A stretch of 64,000 nucleotides of DNA from Octopus sinensis. Its lineage: Eukaryota. The stretch covers positions 154,070,001-154,134,000 of the forward strand of contig NC_043000.1 in NCBI RefSeq assembly GCF_006345805.1. Reading direction: 5' to 3'. Each line of letters opens with the position of its first letter. Position 1 is the first letter of the stretch. This document shows, one piece after another, positions 24,351-37,532 of this stretch. The notes beneath the pieces were generated by a model. That model searched no databases and was not told the DNA's origin. It was given only the letters and a program-made list of their open reading frames with translations. A program made the position numbers and the translations under genes.

Positions 24351-24378
24351 TAATAATAATAATAATAATAATAATAAC

Positions 24379-25682
24379 GACTCTATCTGCCAAGAAAAGA
24401 GGGAGGCCGTGGTCTTTTGCAACTGGCAATAACAATGAAGATTGCTACAATTGGCCTAGACACCTACCTGAAAAACTCTGAGGACTGGATGTTAAAACTT
24501 GTCTCAAAACATGAAAACAAGAAAGCATCATACTCAGTCACAAAACAGGCAAAGGAATATCTAAGTGAATTCCGAATACAACCAATTTCGGAATTAGAGA
24601 TAGACATACAAGAAACAAGCACAGAAAAAGCTAGGCGCATGAAAACCCGTGCCAAAACTGCGGCCTTAGATATTCTGAATAATAAATGGCAAGAAAAACC
24701 TCTCTATGGCAAATACCCAAAGAGAGCGAATAATGCAGCTATTGACAAAGCCCTGACCCATCAATGGCTAATGGCCTCTGGCTTAAAATCTGAAACAGAG
24801 GGGTTTATCATAGCAGCTCAAGATCAATGCCTACCAACAAGAAACTACCAGGCCAACATATTAAAGAACGGCAGTAGCCCAACATGTCGTGTATGCCGAC
24901 AACAAAATGAAACCATTGATCATGTTGTCTCCAAATGCAGTCTTCTAGCGCCTACAGAGTACCTCAACAGGTATGATAGAGCTGCACAATATATTCACTG
25001 GGTAATTTGCAAAAACCTGGATTTGCCCCATGAAAAAAACTGGTGGGAACACAATCCACCTCCAGTGCTTGAAAATGACCACATCTCACTCCTCTGGAAC
25101 TTCACCATTCAAACTGACAGGAAGATAGATGCAAATAGGCCAGACATCATATTGAAAGACTTCAGACAAAGAACATGCCTCCTCATTGATATGACTGTCC
25201 CAATCGATATAAACGTATCTGTCAAGACCTACCAAAAACTGAGCAAATATAAAGATCTTGAAATAGAAATCAGCAAAATGTGGAAGCTGAAGACTAAAAC
25301 AATACCTGTTGTCATAGGTGCCCTGGGAATGATAGCGAAAGGGACTGATTGCTACCTAACTCAGATACCAAGAAACCCCAAAATGGCAGAAATTCAAAAG
25401 ATAGTGCTCGTGGGTACTGCTCATATCCTACGCAAAATACTCTCTATGTAATCCCAAGGTTTAAAACAAACTTTTTATTTATTTATTTATTTATTTATTT
25501 TATTTTATTTTTATTTTTTTTATTTTTATGTATTAGACATTCACTAGTACGACACAAAAAAACCCCCAAATATATGGCACAGAACTTCCAACCTGTTGTC
25601 TCTTGAGGTCTCTGGGTGAGACTTGGAGCCAACTTGTACAGACATAAAGCAAAAGTCAAACATAGAATAATAATAATAATAA
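24379..25682 (+). mobile_element. R4/Dong-clade LINE, 5'-truncated (post-RT region, CCHC knuckle, restriction-like endonuclease, 3' UTR)
   Basis: RLYLPRKEGGRGL; ETEGFIIAAQDQ; CRVC..HVVSKC; RPDII..IDMTVP..KLSKYKDL; HILRKILSM stop; (TAA)n at both ends. Confidence 0.9.
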
Positions 25683-25877
25683 CAGGACAAAAACAACTGG
25701 CGTCTTTCGACTTTAGACAGTTCAAATTAGCTGGCGTGTGAGAAAAATAATGCCTTACGGCAGACGAAGAAATCGATGTTGTTCTGACGCTGGTCAGAAG
25801 CCGAAAGGCTACGTGTATATACATATTTATAAATTTATACATAAATATATACATACATACATGTATGCATACGTCTT

Positions 25878-26033
25878 CATCTTTCTTTCTTCTTCTTCTT
25901 CTTTTTCTTCTTCTTTTTCTTCTTCTTCTTTTTCTTCTTCTTCTTCTTCTTCTTCTTCTTCTTCTTCTTCTTCTTCTTTCTTCTTCTTCTCTTCTTCTTC
26001 TTCTTCTTCTTCTTCTTTTTCTTCTTCTTCTTC
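25878..26033. repeat. (CTT)n microsatellite
   Basis: Direct inspection. Confidence 0.95.
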
Positions 26034-26154
26034 CAAGTCTCGCATAGTTATACGATTTGCAGCAGATACAAAATTCGAATCCTTTAAGCATTTTTAGAAT
26101 TTTTTTGTCTTGAATTATACATACATTCATATATATATATATAATATATATATA

Positions 26155-26201
<47 letters not shown>

Positions 26202-26378
26202 GAAATGAGGTAATCAGAAGATCGGATGGTTCATATTTACAGATATTTATTTATATATTACATTTTTTACATATATATATCATATCATTCAGATCATATC
26301 ATTCAGATCATTAGCGCTTTCTCCCATTCCAGTGGGGTTTTCAAATCAAAATAATGTACATCATCTCCAAACCTTCCA

Positions 26379-26412
<34 letters not shown>

Positions 26413-26789
26413 TGTGTGTGTGTGTGTGTCATGCAAGACAAAAAAGATTTATTTTCAATATATCTGTATGTGTGAGTGTGTGTATAGTGCAGTATGTGTG
26501 CCTGTGTCTAAGTGTATGAATGTGTGTGTAGATCGCGTTCGTGTTTTACCCTGTCACGTACACCATAATAACTTTCTAATGCTTAGAGCTGTGCGTTTGT
26601 TTTATTTGGGTGTGTTTGATGGCACTTCTCATATTGTTTGCATAAACTATGACGATATGGCCCAGTTTATGGGACACAGGCTTGAATAGATTCTATCAAA
26701 CATCATATTTGGGATTTAGTAGGAAATACTTAACCCAGTTTTGTAGCTTTCCGCTAACTCAAATATCAAATAATTTTCCAATAGTATCC

Positions 26790-27600
26790 AGTGGTTCATT
26801 AGATCGAAGGCTTTGCTGAAGTCAAGAAACATGAGTTTCTGCCCAACGCATTTAAAACGTTGTCAAAGTGATGTAGAAGCTGTGTTAAATAGCCCCTGCC
26901 ACATAGGAACCCATTTCGATTTGAAATTAGGAGGTTAATACGCTCAACAAACTCGATTATTCTTGATTTTAGTACGCTCTCAAAAACGTTAATGATATGA
27001 GAGTTGGATGCGAGAGGTTCTTTGGACAAACATGCCTGTTATCTTAAAGAACAGCTCTTATTTTCTGGAAAAAAGAGAATCAGAACTCTTAAGGCAACGG
27101 CAGAAGCTTTCTAGTGATCTCTGCTCGTCTAAGGTGTTTGACAGTCGCCATTCTATCTCTAGGAACCTCATTTCTAATGCATTGATAAGCTCGTGTACTT
27201 TCAGAGTATACCATCATATGTAAAGATTGGCTCTATGTATGCCTTTAGGCCTCTTTTTCCTCTGTCTCTTAATAGCCATTCAGGACACGAATAGAGAATT
27301 TATTGTGGCTTGCTATGCGTAGTGTTTAATATTATCTATTGCTGTTATATTGCCTGGAATGCCAACAATTATGTCAAATGTAATACGATTGGTGTTGTCT
27401 TCAACGATACTACCTACGCGAGCTTCAGTAGGAACTCTAGAAACGAGATAGTATCGGTTCTGTCAGTAGCCTTATTACGAAGTTTGTTGTTCATGTCAAT
27501 TTGTATACCAATGGGTGAAACAGTAACCTCTTGTTTTTTACATTTTGTTACTTTGGGGAGAGGCATATAAATAGGACACTCTTAATTTATGTTTAATTTT
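26790..27600 (-). mobile_element. Degraded CR1/L2-type LINE RT fragment
   Basis: NVFESVLKSRII..NRNGFLCGRGYLTQLLHHFD resembles the RT QHGF..GRS.LT.L region. Confidence 0.65.
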
Positions 27601-28391
27601 CTCAAAGTCCTCTAATTAATTATTTAATTGATAACAAATACTTTTCATGTTGATACTTTCCAGTATCAGAATTTTTTCAATTCGTGTTTTGTTGTTGCTG
27701 TCCATTGCATCTGCTGTCACTCGTAGTATTTCTGTAGATTGCTTTATTTAATCCTTTGGTTTTCCTAAAGAGGGCTGTTCCTTCCCTGGGAGCCTGTTTC
27801 TTTTTTTTTTTTCTTCCCGATTTGTGTATAGGCGTGGTTTCAGCATAGATTAGTAATTATATCCTCAAACATCTACCAGATTATTTTTTAAATCAGGAGA
27901 ATTCTAAGTTAAAGAGCAGACTACAGGAAATAAGTCATCTGTAACTGCTTCCCATGTGGCTTTGTGCAGATCAAAATGTTTAAATAAGTGTGCAGAAGTA
28001 AATATGCTTCGTTTAATCTTGGAATGCTAGAAACTCAGATTAATTAAGACCACAGAGGACAGCACTGATGGCTGAAAGAAAGTTATGGATACTAGAGTGA
28101 TTACTGAACACTAGGTCCAGATCACTTTTGTTGTATCTTGTTGGTTCAAGCACGAACTATGGCAAGAAAACCTACTCATAGATTTAAACGTGATACGACT
28201 GCTGCACTGTCTGTGACTTAGGTGCAATTACCTGATTTCAGAGTACGTGTGAGCCAATCCACATAAGAAAAGCTGAAGTCTTTCTCATTAATATGCTTCT
28301 AGAATTAAATTTGGGAATGAAGAACTTGATTTTCTTGGAGCACTATAAAAAGCAGAGTAGCGACACTTAATTTGGAATACATATATATATA

Positions 28392-28738
28392 TGGTTCAGT
28401 CCCACTGCGTGGCACCTTGGGCAAGTGTCTTCTACTATAGCCTCGGGTGAGTGGATTTGGTAGACGGAAACTGAAAGAAGCCCGTCATATATATGTATAT
28501 ATATATGCGTGTGTGTGTTTGTGTGTCTGTGTTTGTCCCCCTAACATCGCTTGACAACCGATGCTGGTGTGTTTAGGTCCCCGTTACTTAGCGGTTCGGA
28601 AAAAGAGACCGATAGAATAAGTACTGGGCTTACAAAAGAATAAGTCCCGGGGTCGAGTTGCTCGATTAAAGGCGGTGCTCCAGCATGGCTGCAGTCAAAT
28701 GACTGAAACAAGTAAAAGAGTAAAAGAGTAAAAGAGTA
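28392..28738 (+). mobile_element. CORE-type SINE family A, 5'-truncated with small deletion
   Basis: Family A blocks and (GTAAAAGA)3 tail. Confidence 0.9.
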
Positions 28739-30768
28739 TTATATATATATATATATATATATACCAAAAATGGGACAAGAACGCAACAGACGACAATAAA
28801 ACATCCGGACAGATAGACGATACAAAAACGGAGAGGAAAAGACAAGGACGGGTCATTCGCAGTTTTCTCTCATCAGTCAAATGTGTGGGGCGGAGAGGGG
28901 TTGGAAAGATTAATGGAAAGCGCTCACACACAGTAGGAAAAGTACTTCTACCATAAAGGTTAGTAACATCCTAATGTAATAATTTATAACTCTTTTTTTA
29001 AAAATCCCCTTTATACTTACAAAACTGTATTAAGTAATTTTCACAGGCTAATATCGAACATTGAGAATAACTGCTCAATACCACATTGGTGGATAAATAT
29101 TCTTATTTGTAGGTTAACAAGGTTACCATTTTTGATACAGATGAATACCAACGTTCCATGCAGCAAGCTTGATAATTGTTAAGAGATTCCTTCGGCATGA
29201 AACCAATAGTAGCCTTGTGTTAAAATTAACCCACAAATAATATATCTATATATCTATATACACACACATACATACATATCATATACGTACGCATATGTAT
29301 ATGTGTGTGTGAATGTGTGTGTGTAAGTGTGTAAGACAGACAGACAGACAGATAGAGACAGAGGCAGACAAGAGGGAGAAAGGGAGAGATAGATGGATAG
29401 ATACATATTTAAGTAACGTTTACGTAAAACGCAAGAGAGCGACATTTCTTTCTACATAGTCGAGTAAATTTTCAAAGTATCACCACTCTTAATTCATATA
29501 ATATAGAAAATATGGTTTTCAACTCACAGACATCATCTCATCAGCATCTATTGCTGTATATAGTAAAATATAGCAATAAAGAAAGAAAACAATGCTAGGC
29601 TAGCTCTTCTTCATAATAGCCCAATCTAAAACACATTGTGTTTTTTTTTTTTTTTTTCATTCGTTCCAATTTTCAAAATTATTGTAGTTTTCGTGTTGCT
29701 ATAGTTTCTACTATTACTACTCCTCTTACTTCTACTGTAAGTTTTGCTGCCATACATCATGTTTGTCGATGGGAAACATAGTTATTTCAAAAGAAATCTT
29801 TGCAATTCTCGACCAAGCAATAACTTGTTTGACAATGACTTCGTTTTAGAAGAAAATGTCTCAGACAAAGCAAGTTTGTATCGTTTTGTATTATTTTTGG
29901 TTTTGCTTTCTTTTGTCATTATTTCTTTTGCAAAAAATACGCCAATATATACACGAATACATAAATATATACCTACACATACACACGCATATATGTATAT
30001 ATATATATATATATATATAGCTTTTGAACTGTCTACTATGTTAGAGGAACTTATATCTTAAACTATGCGTGCAAATGTATGTTATTAAAATAAGAATTGG
30101 GACAACTTAATTTTTTTTATATTCCAATATATCTTGACAGCTTTCTAAGTTAAGTAGAATTCCTACAGAGAACTTGCACTACGAAAGGGTGTAGTTGTCT
30201 TTTGAAACCTGTTGAAGATGAATTCTGATAAATGGAAGAAAACGTGTGGAGGAAGGGGACAACAATTTGCTAATGTTTAGCCCCATTTTGTCAAAGAGAA
30301 ATTCAAAATATTTACATTCTATTATATATAACCCGCTGCGAAAATAAGGTGAACAATCTCTCTGCCATACGTCGTTCCTCTGGTAAAAGTTCTGACTAAA
30401 AAACAGACAGCCACAATAATAATTGTTTCTTACATAGGCATGAAGTCTGAGTAGATTTTAAAAAGAAAAAAGGGAAGTCGCAGTGTATATAACTTTCCCA
30501 AGGACATTGGTTATGTAAGCGAAATAACTGCTACTGAGAATTAGAACTAGTTTGTAAAACCATCTTGCTGTTAGCTTTGCTCATTGGCACTTGCCACACG
30601 GAATTGCTTTACATATACAAAAAATCTGAGATCTTCAGAGAAGGAAAAGTAAACTTCAAACTTTTCCCAAGTGCATTAGTGATATAAATGAAAAGAAATG
30701 GATACAATCGAAAACGAAATTGATCTGAACAGTTGGCTAAACGAGAGCTTATCTTTTGTCTTACATAA

Positions 30769-30779
30769 TAATAATAATG

Positions 30780-30823
<44 letters not shown>

Positions 30824-30853
30824 TAATAATAATAATAATGATAATAATAATAA
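30769..30853. repeat. (AAT)n microsatellite
   Basis: Direct inspection. Confidence 0.95.
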
Positions 30854-30856
30854 TTA

Positions 30857-31140
30857 TTTTTTTTTAAGTTAAATTAAAATACATGAGCAGCAACAGTTCT
30901 CACATCGACAATGCTCTTCACATCACACGTATTGAGAAGAGCATTGTCGATGTGAGAACTGTTGCTGCTCATGTATTTTAATTTAACTTAAAAAAAAAAA
31001 TAACGAACTATTGAGTTTGGTTTAATGGCCTACCAATGTATAATATGAGTTTCTTTGCCCTAGGAGTCGGGAAGACACTCTGCAAGAAATGGAAGCAAAT
31101 TTGAAAGAAGAAAAAAAAAGTAATAATAATAATAATAATA
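30857..31140 (+). mobile_element. R4/Dong 3' end with a 63-bp inverted duplication at its 5' junction
   Basis: HVLRRALSM stop at 30926-30955; perfect arms 30857-30919 and 30936-30998; (TAA)n tail. Confidence 0.75.
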
Positions 31141-31351
31141 ATCCTTTCTACTTTAAGCACAAGGCCTGAAATTTGAGGGAAGGGGCTAGCCGATTACATC
31201 GACCCCTTCTCGACTGGTACTTATTTCATCGACCCCGAAAAGATGAAGGGCAAAGTCGATTGAAGCGAAGTTTAAACTCAGAAAGTAAGGACGGACGAAA
31301 TACTGCTAAGCATTTTGCCCCGTGTGTTAACGATTCTGCCAGCTCGCTGCC
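31121..31351 (-). mobile_element. Deu/Nin-like SINE, tail type B
   Basis: ATCCTTTCTACTTTAAGCACAAGGCCTGAAATTT tail plus core and head; (TAA)n on both sides. Confidence 0.85.
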
Positions 31352-31480
31352 TTAATAATAATAATAAATAATAATAATAAGAAGAAGAAGAAGAAGAAGA
31401 AGAAGAGAAGAAGAAGAAGAAGAGAAGAAGAAGAAGAAGAAGAAGAAGAAGAAGAAGAAGAAGAAGAAGAAGAAGAAGAA
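31352..31480. repeat. (AAT)n/(GAA)n microsatellite
   Basis: Direct inspection. Confidence 0.95.
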
Positions 31481-31915
31481 GACAGAGTTGGACATTTACA
31501 GTGATTAATTTTTGGCATTACAAAATCAAAACCGTGGACAAGTGGTATACGCATCATCTTGAGAATGTTACTGAGGGAGAAAATATAACGATTCTTTGGG
31601 GGCTCTTTTACATAACCATCAAAGCTAATAAACCGGATATTATTGTGAAAGACCAAAATAATAAAGCATTTATTGACTGATATGAGTATCCCTTGTGTTC
31701 ATAATATAAGCTCAGGAAATATAAAATTTGCTCATTGAAATCGAAAAATGTCGCATCTCAAGGCGCTTACTATACCAATGATTGTAGGAGCACTAGGAAA
31801 GATCAAAAAAGAAAAATTATTTGAGAATGACCCCTTACTCAACCTGAAGGGAGTGTAAAAAAATTGTATTAACTGGTACTTCGCGCATACTGAGAAGAGC
31901 ATTATCGTTGCGAGA
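31481..31915 (+). mobile_element. Degraded R4/Dong-clade LINE 3' fragment
   Basis: IKANKPDIIVKD, IVGALG and AHILRRALS remnants with frameshifts. Confidence 0.65.
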
Positions 31916-32212
31916 AGTATAAAGTCCCATGTAAATATTTTCTTTACATAACTTTATTTAATTTTAGAAATGAACTTGGTGTATTTATCTTATTTGACCT
32001 AACAATGAATACAGTGAAAGCAAAAGGGTTCCACATCATATCGAGCATGATCTCTCAAATGTTCATTAACCGTTGTTGAAGTGTTTTTTTCATTTATTAC
32101 AATCTAGGGTTCCTTGATGTTCGTTTTGCACCTTCTCAAAAATCAGCTCACTATTTGGCTCGGCCTCTTTTAATGTCGGCATTAAAGCAATAAAACTCAG
32201 GCTGCTTTTCAA

Positions 32213-32388
32213 AGGAGGAGGAGGGTTGGTGGAGGAGGAGGAGGAGGAGGAGGAGGAGGAGGAGGAGGAGGGGAGGTGGAGGAGGAGAGGTGGAGGAGGA
32301 GAGGTGGAGGAGGAGGAGTGGTGTTGGAGGAGGAGGAGGTGGAGGCGGAGAGGAGGAGGCGGGGAGGAGGGGAGGAGGAGGAGGAGAC
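32213..32388. repeat. (GGA)n microsatellite
   Basis: Direct inspection. Confidence 0.95.
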
Positions 32389-32532
32389 TGATTTAAATAT
32401 GCGGACACTTTTACCTGTTTTCGAAATGTGAAATTGGAATATTCCATCTTCCCTTGACGATAGTGCAGTAAAGTGAAAAACCGACGTTCCAATTCCGCTA
32501 CTGGCCAAATATTTATTCCCGAGATCCTATGC

Positions 32533-32634
32533 TTATTCATGAGTTAGGAGGTTTTCATACAAGGGACTGAGAGACATGTGCGGAGACAAGGCTGACCCGC
32601 CCGGAGTGTTGCTACCCGTAATTGAACTCAGAGC
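32533..32634 (-). CDS. Candidate terminal coding exon (ALSSITGSNTPGGSALSPHMSLSPLYENLLTHE stop)
   Basis: Pyrimidine-rich acceptor ending TGTAAG, open phase-0 frame, GC-richer non-repeat patch, AATAAA about 16 nt after the stop. Confidence 0.35.
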   Translation of the reverse strand, partial: ALSSITGSNTPGGSALSPHMSLSPLYENLLTHE

Positions 32635-32855
32635 CTTACATGAGGTATTAAAAAGGAAAACAAAATAGTAAGTAAAATTGTTTTGTTGAAGGAAAAAAAG
32701 GATAAAGTAAAAGTGTTTCATGCGAAAAAAAAGATGATTAAGAAAAAACAATAGTAAAATAGAACGATTGCAAATAGTGTGTATAAACGTTCAAATGGTA
32801 CCGCATGGGAATGGGGACCCATGCAGCCATTTCATTTCTTCATTTTTATATAACA

Positions 32856-33254
32856 CTAGCAGTATCGCCCGGCGTTGCTCGGGTTTGTAAGGGAAATAAC
32901 TATATAAGCATTTTTAGAGAGTTATAGCAAAAAAATAGCAAAAAAATGCATTAAAAATGGAAAAAAAATTATGGTAAATTTTTTTTAATCGTTGACTCAT
33001 CGTAGACATTTTTAGAGAGTTACATCCCTTATATAATAGCAAAAAAATGCATTAAAATGGGAAAAAATTATGGTAATTTTTTTTTTAAATCGTAGACTCA
33101 TCGTAGACGCGCGCTAATACCCAGAAGGGCTCGATATGAATCACGACTATAAGATATCCGGTTTTGGTTAAACTGCACCGCAAAATGTGGGAGTAGTTAG
33201 GAATCAAAATCGTAGGAGACAGACAGCACACAACCTCTCTTTTATATATAAAGA
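32856..33254 (-). mobile_element. Non-autonomous Helitron H1, complete
   Basis: Minus strand A|TC...hairpin...CTAG|T. Confidence 0.85.
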
Positions 33255-33431
33255 TTTCATTCTCATTCGTTTTATGTTTTATGTCCCCATTGTGGTGTTT
33301 GTCTGTCCTTGTAGTGTCCCCCTCTGTGCTGTGGCCGTGGTGCCAAATAAAGAAATATGAGTTAGGTGTTTTTACACAAGCACACAAATATACATATACA
33401 CATCCTTATATACATGCTTTTATTTATATAC

Positions 33432-33783
33432 GGTGGAGGCGCATGGCTCAGTGGTTAGAGCGTCGAGCGTCGAGCTTACGATCGTGAGGTTGTGAGGTTG
33501 TGAGTTCGGATCCCGGACCGGGCTGCGTGTTGTGTTCTTGAGCAAGACACTTTATTTCACGTTACTCCAATTCACTCAGTTGTATAAATGAGTTGCGACG
33601 TCACTGGTGCCAAGCTGTATCGGCCTTTGCCTTTCCCCTGGATAACACTGGCGGCGTGGAGAGAGGAGGCCGGTATGCATGGGCGACTGCTGGTCTTCCA
33701 TAAACAACCTTGCCCGGACTTGTGCCTGGGAGGGTAACTTTCTAGGTGCAATCCCATGGTCATTCATGACCGAAGGGGGTCTC
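33432..33783 (+). mobile_element. tRNA-derived SINE, family C
   Basis: A-box TGGCTCAGTGG, B-box GAGTTCGGATCCC, CORE-like GTGTTCTTGAGCAAGACACTT; single copy in this window. Confidence 0.75.
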
Positions 33784-34737
33784 AGCATCCTTTGATTTAT
33801 ATACGAAGACGTATATAAAGGTATATATAGAATTCAAGGCTTAAAGTGGAATTTTTTTATTTTTTATTTTTACAATGACTTCGAAATTTCGCCTACATAC
33901 AACTTTACAACTATAGTAAAAAAAAATGCTTATCTTTATATGATTAAGAATGAAAGATGCTGGTGAAGGAGATTATTTAGAAATATCTGTAAAGATGTTG
34001 AAGACCTAACAAAGTTGCCTGGAATGAGGTTGTGGTAAATATATAATCTATGGAAGAAGGTATGTGTTTATGTACGTAATGACAGATTAATAAGTTTTTG
34101 TGGTATGTATGGAAGAGTAATATATCTGAGATTAAGTGTTATTTTAACGGCTTACTATGTTATAAAACTAGGATTTTGAATTTGAAAATGAACGGTGGTT
34201 TGGTAACAAGTTGAGAATAAGTAGAAATTGCTGAGATAAGTTTCGACTATTTTAAAAATTAATAAATAAAACTTTGTGTTCGAATTAATATTTTAAGTCT
34301 TTAATTTTAATTAAAATTAAGGTCGTAAATATACACAGTGTCGCTCAGTATTCTAAAAACATCTATACGTTTGTATCACAATAAAAAATTTTATATTAAT
34401 TATGAAACCATGGTTGATATCGCGTTTTCAGTCGATTCTTATGAGAACTATTATAGGCAGGATTTAAAAACGTCATTTCTAAAATACAGACTAAACAAAT
34501 CATGAGTTTTATCGTTATTTAAAATTAGATTTACAGTGTCTTAAAAAGAGCAACAGCTTAAAGTTTTAAACATAAAGGGGCAATACGAGGTTTCGTAACA
34601 AAACCAAGAAAAGAGTGAAAAGGATTTAGAAGATGATTTATACGATTAATACATTATATATCGCTATAAGTGGTTGTTATTAACCTAAATATTATACATT
34701 CATACACACAAAGAAGTATACAATGAAAACAAATATG

Positions 34738-35122
34738 TGGAAGCACTCCGTCGGTTACGACGACGAGGGTTCCGGTTGATCCGATCAACGGAACAGCCTG
34801 CTCGTGAAATTAACGTGTAAGTGGCTGAGCACTCTACAGACACGTGTACCCTTAACGCAGTTCTCGGGGATATTCAGCGTGACACAGAGAGTGACAAGGC
34901 CGGCCCTTTGAAATACAGGTACAACAGAAACAGGAAGTAAGAGTGAGAGAAAGTTGTGGTGAAAGAGTACAGAAGGGATCACCACCACCCCCTGGCGGGG
35001 CCTCGTGGAGCTTTGGGTGTTTTCGCTCAATAAACACTCACAACGCCCGGTCTGGGAATCGAAACCGCGATCCTATGACCGCGAGTCCGCTGCCCTAACC
35101 ACTGGGCCATTGCGCTTCCACA
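34738..35122 (-). mobile_element. tRNA-SINE family B, full length with 18-bp TSD
   Basis: TSD ACAATGAAAACAAATATG at 34720-34737 and 35123-35140. Confidence 0.9.
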
Positions 35123-35564
35123 ACAATGAAAACAAATATGCCAATGGAATGAACGAAAAACGATGTAACGTTTAGGTTGATACCTTTTATCTCAGACAAA
35201 ATAGTGGATTAGGATAGGCAAGAGGAAAAGGAAAATAAACGTTACCGAGTTTACAACGTTTTCCAACACTAGTAAATCTAGTGTAAAATAAAAGTTGGAA
35301 AGTGGGATAGAAGGATCGAACGTGTAGTAATAGAATCAGAAAGAGAATATATACGGAAAGAGAGGCAGAGAAAGCGAGAAAGAAAGGAGAAAGAGAGACA
35401 GAGAAAGCGAGAAAGAGAGACAGAGAAAGCGAGAAAGAAAGGAGAAAGAGAGAAGAATGAAAGAAGAAGAGGATAAAGAAGAAAACAGCTATCGAGGGAA
35501 GAAGTGAGAAGCACAGGTTACCAGTGTTTCAGTATATTTGTATAGTGAAGTGTAGTTAAATATT

Positions 35565-35742
35565 TTTTTTCTACTATAGGGAATAGGTCTGAAATTTTGA
35601 GGGAGGGGCTAGTCGATTACATCAACCTCAGTGCCCAACTAATACTTATTTTATCGACCCCGAAAGGATAAAAGGCAAAGACAACCACGTCGAAATTTGA
35701 ACTCAGAACGTAAAAGCAAACGAAATGCTGCTAAGGATTTGT
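35565..35742 (-). mobile_element. Deu/Nin-like SINE, tail B, diverged
   Basis: TTTTATCGACCCCGAAAGGATAAAAGGCAAAG core. Confidence 0.75.
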
Positions 35743-35794
35743 AGTTAAATATGGAATATTTTCATTTGTGTTAAGGTTAAACAGCACATTTATA

Positions 35795-36028
35795 TTGGGT
35801 TGGTGCATAATTATTGCGGCTATTTTCCAACAAATTTTATTCAACAAAAACAATAACAACATGTAACAAAAATATCTTTAAATTATTACTCCGGAGCATA
35901 TTCACCATCTACTTTAATTCCTGCTTCCCATTTACTTGGCAGACGGTCAGACCGTCATTTTATTGCTTTTGTTGAATAAAGTTTGTTGAAAAAAAAATAA
36001 AAACCGCAATAATTATGCACCAACCTAA
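35795..36028 (-). mobile_element. Mariner-derived MITE (234 bp) with both TIRs and TA TSD
   Basis: TA|TTGGGTTGGTGCATAATTATTGCGG ... CCGCAATAATTATGCACCAACCTAA|TA; internal DRLPSKWEAGIKVDGEYAPE stop on the minus strand. Confidence 0.9.
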
Positions 36029-36164
36029 TAGATTTGAATGCTTCCGTTGATACAGCCGAAATGCATTTATGTACGTATGAATAGAATGTAAGAATAAAAG
36101 TGTCGAGGGATATGTAAATACGTTTTCTATAAATGAGGCAACTTGAATGCGAATTTCATTATGA

Positions 36165-36362
36165 ATAAAGGTTTCAAATTTTGGCACAATGTCAGCGGTT
36201 TTTGAGTGGAGGGTGAAGTCGCTTGACGGGTACTTATTTTATTGACCCCGAGAGGGAGAATGGTAAAGTCAACATCAGTGGAATTTGAACTCAGAACGTA
36301 AAGACAAACGAAATGCCGCTAAGTATCTTGTTCGGCGTGAAAACGATTCTGCCAGCTCACCA
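36165..36362 (-). mobile_element. Deu/Nin-like SINE, diverged
   Basis: GGAATTTGAACTCAGAACGTA...TTCTGCCAGCTCACC. Confidence 0.75.
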
Positions 36363-36392
36363 ATATCAATTTCGGTATAAATCATATTTCAT

Positions 36393-37075
36393 AATAAACT
36401 TAGATAAACTTAGATATGTTTCAACCAAAGATTGGTCCAGGCCATGTCTAACTTAATAGCACCACCTGATAGGATTATTCGAATCCTGTTTAAGTCAAGT
36501 TTTGTTTATGGTCCATTCAAGTAGTGAGTTTTTGTTGGGTGAGTTGTATCCAATTATGGGTGGCTTATCTGGTATTCCTTGAAGGAATCTATCCAGACTC
36601 CGTTTAAAGTTGATGGGATCCTTTTCCTCTTTGATCTCTTTCGGGACAATGTTAAATAGGGCAGGGCCTGTTGAGGAAAAGAAATTATGTTGCAGTGTAC
36701 ATGTATGCTGTGATCTTAAATTGGGTAGGGGACGTATGGCCCGTGGTCCCAGTCTTGGATGAACCTTGAAGCTAATGTTCAGGTCGTTTGGGCAAGTTGG
36801 CGGTATATTCTCCACATCGTACAAATGAAGTACCGCTCACGGCAACGCTGGAGAGAGTAGAGTTTCAAGGCTTTAAGGCGGTCCCAATAATCGAGAGCAG
36901 TCATGCCTTCAATTCGTTCAGTGAGTCCCCTCTGGGGTGATTCAATCCTCGAGATGTTTTGTCTTGTATGGGGAGACCACAGTGGGCAGCAGTATTCGAG
37001 GTGTGGCCGTACAAAGGAGGAGAAAAGTAGTATGATGACACCTTGTTCTCTGGACCGGAAAGTTCTTATTAGGGT
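36393..37075 (-). mobile_element. CR1-clade LINE 3' end
   Basis: RLKALKLYSLQRCRER and FKRSLDRFLQGIPDKP; 3' tail GGTGGTGC..CATGGCC..stem-loop..GAAAC then two TATCTAAGTT repeats. Confidence 0.85.
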
Positions 37076-37532
37076 TTAAATTTTTTTCTTTTTTTTTAAT
37101 GGAAAGGTGAAAAGCTATTTTCAGGACACGAACGACGCATCTGCTGTAACCCAGACTGATTGCTTGCCTTCTTTTTTCCATCCAAGAAGTAAACCCGTTG
37201 TTTTTATGTACTTAATTAAAATGAATTACAAAAAAGTAGAATATCATTTAAGTTGTATTGACTATTTAAGTAGACGAAGGCGGTTGTTTTTAGCCAAAGT
37301 GTATTACCTTATTAAGTGAAGGGTTGCTTATAAACAGGTTTGTATTTTGAAAAGATACTAAAACTCTACAATAAAGGAGATCTTTCAAGTGAAGAAATTA
37401 GTGAACTGGATAAGGATAATTTCATGATATTGGGTTTACATGTACTGATTAGGAAAATAAACTTCAGTAGCAAAAATTTAGTCTCGCTCAGCATGTTCAT
37501 AGTTTAAAGAAAATTGTTAATTTCAGGTTAAT

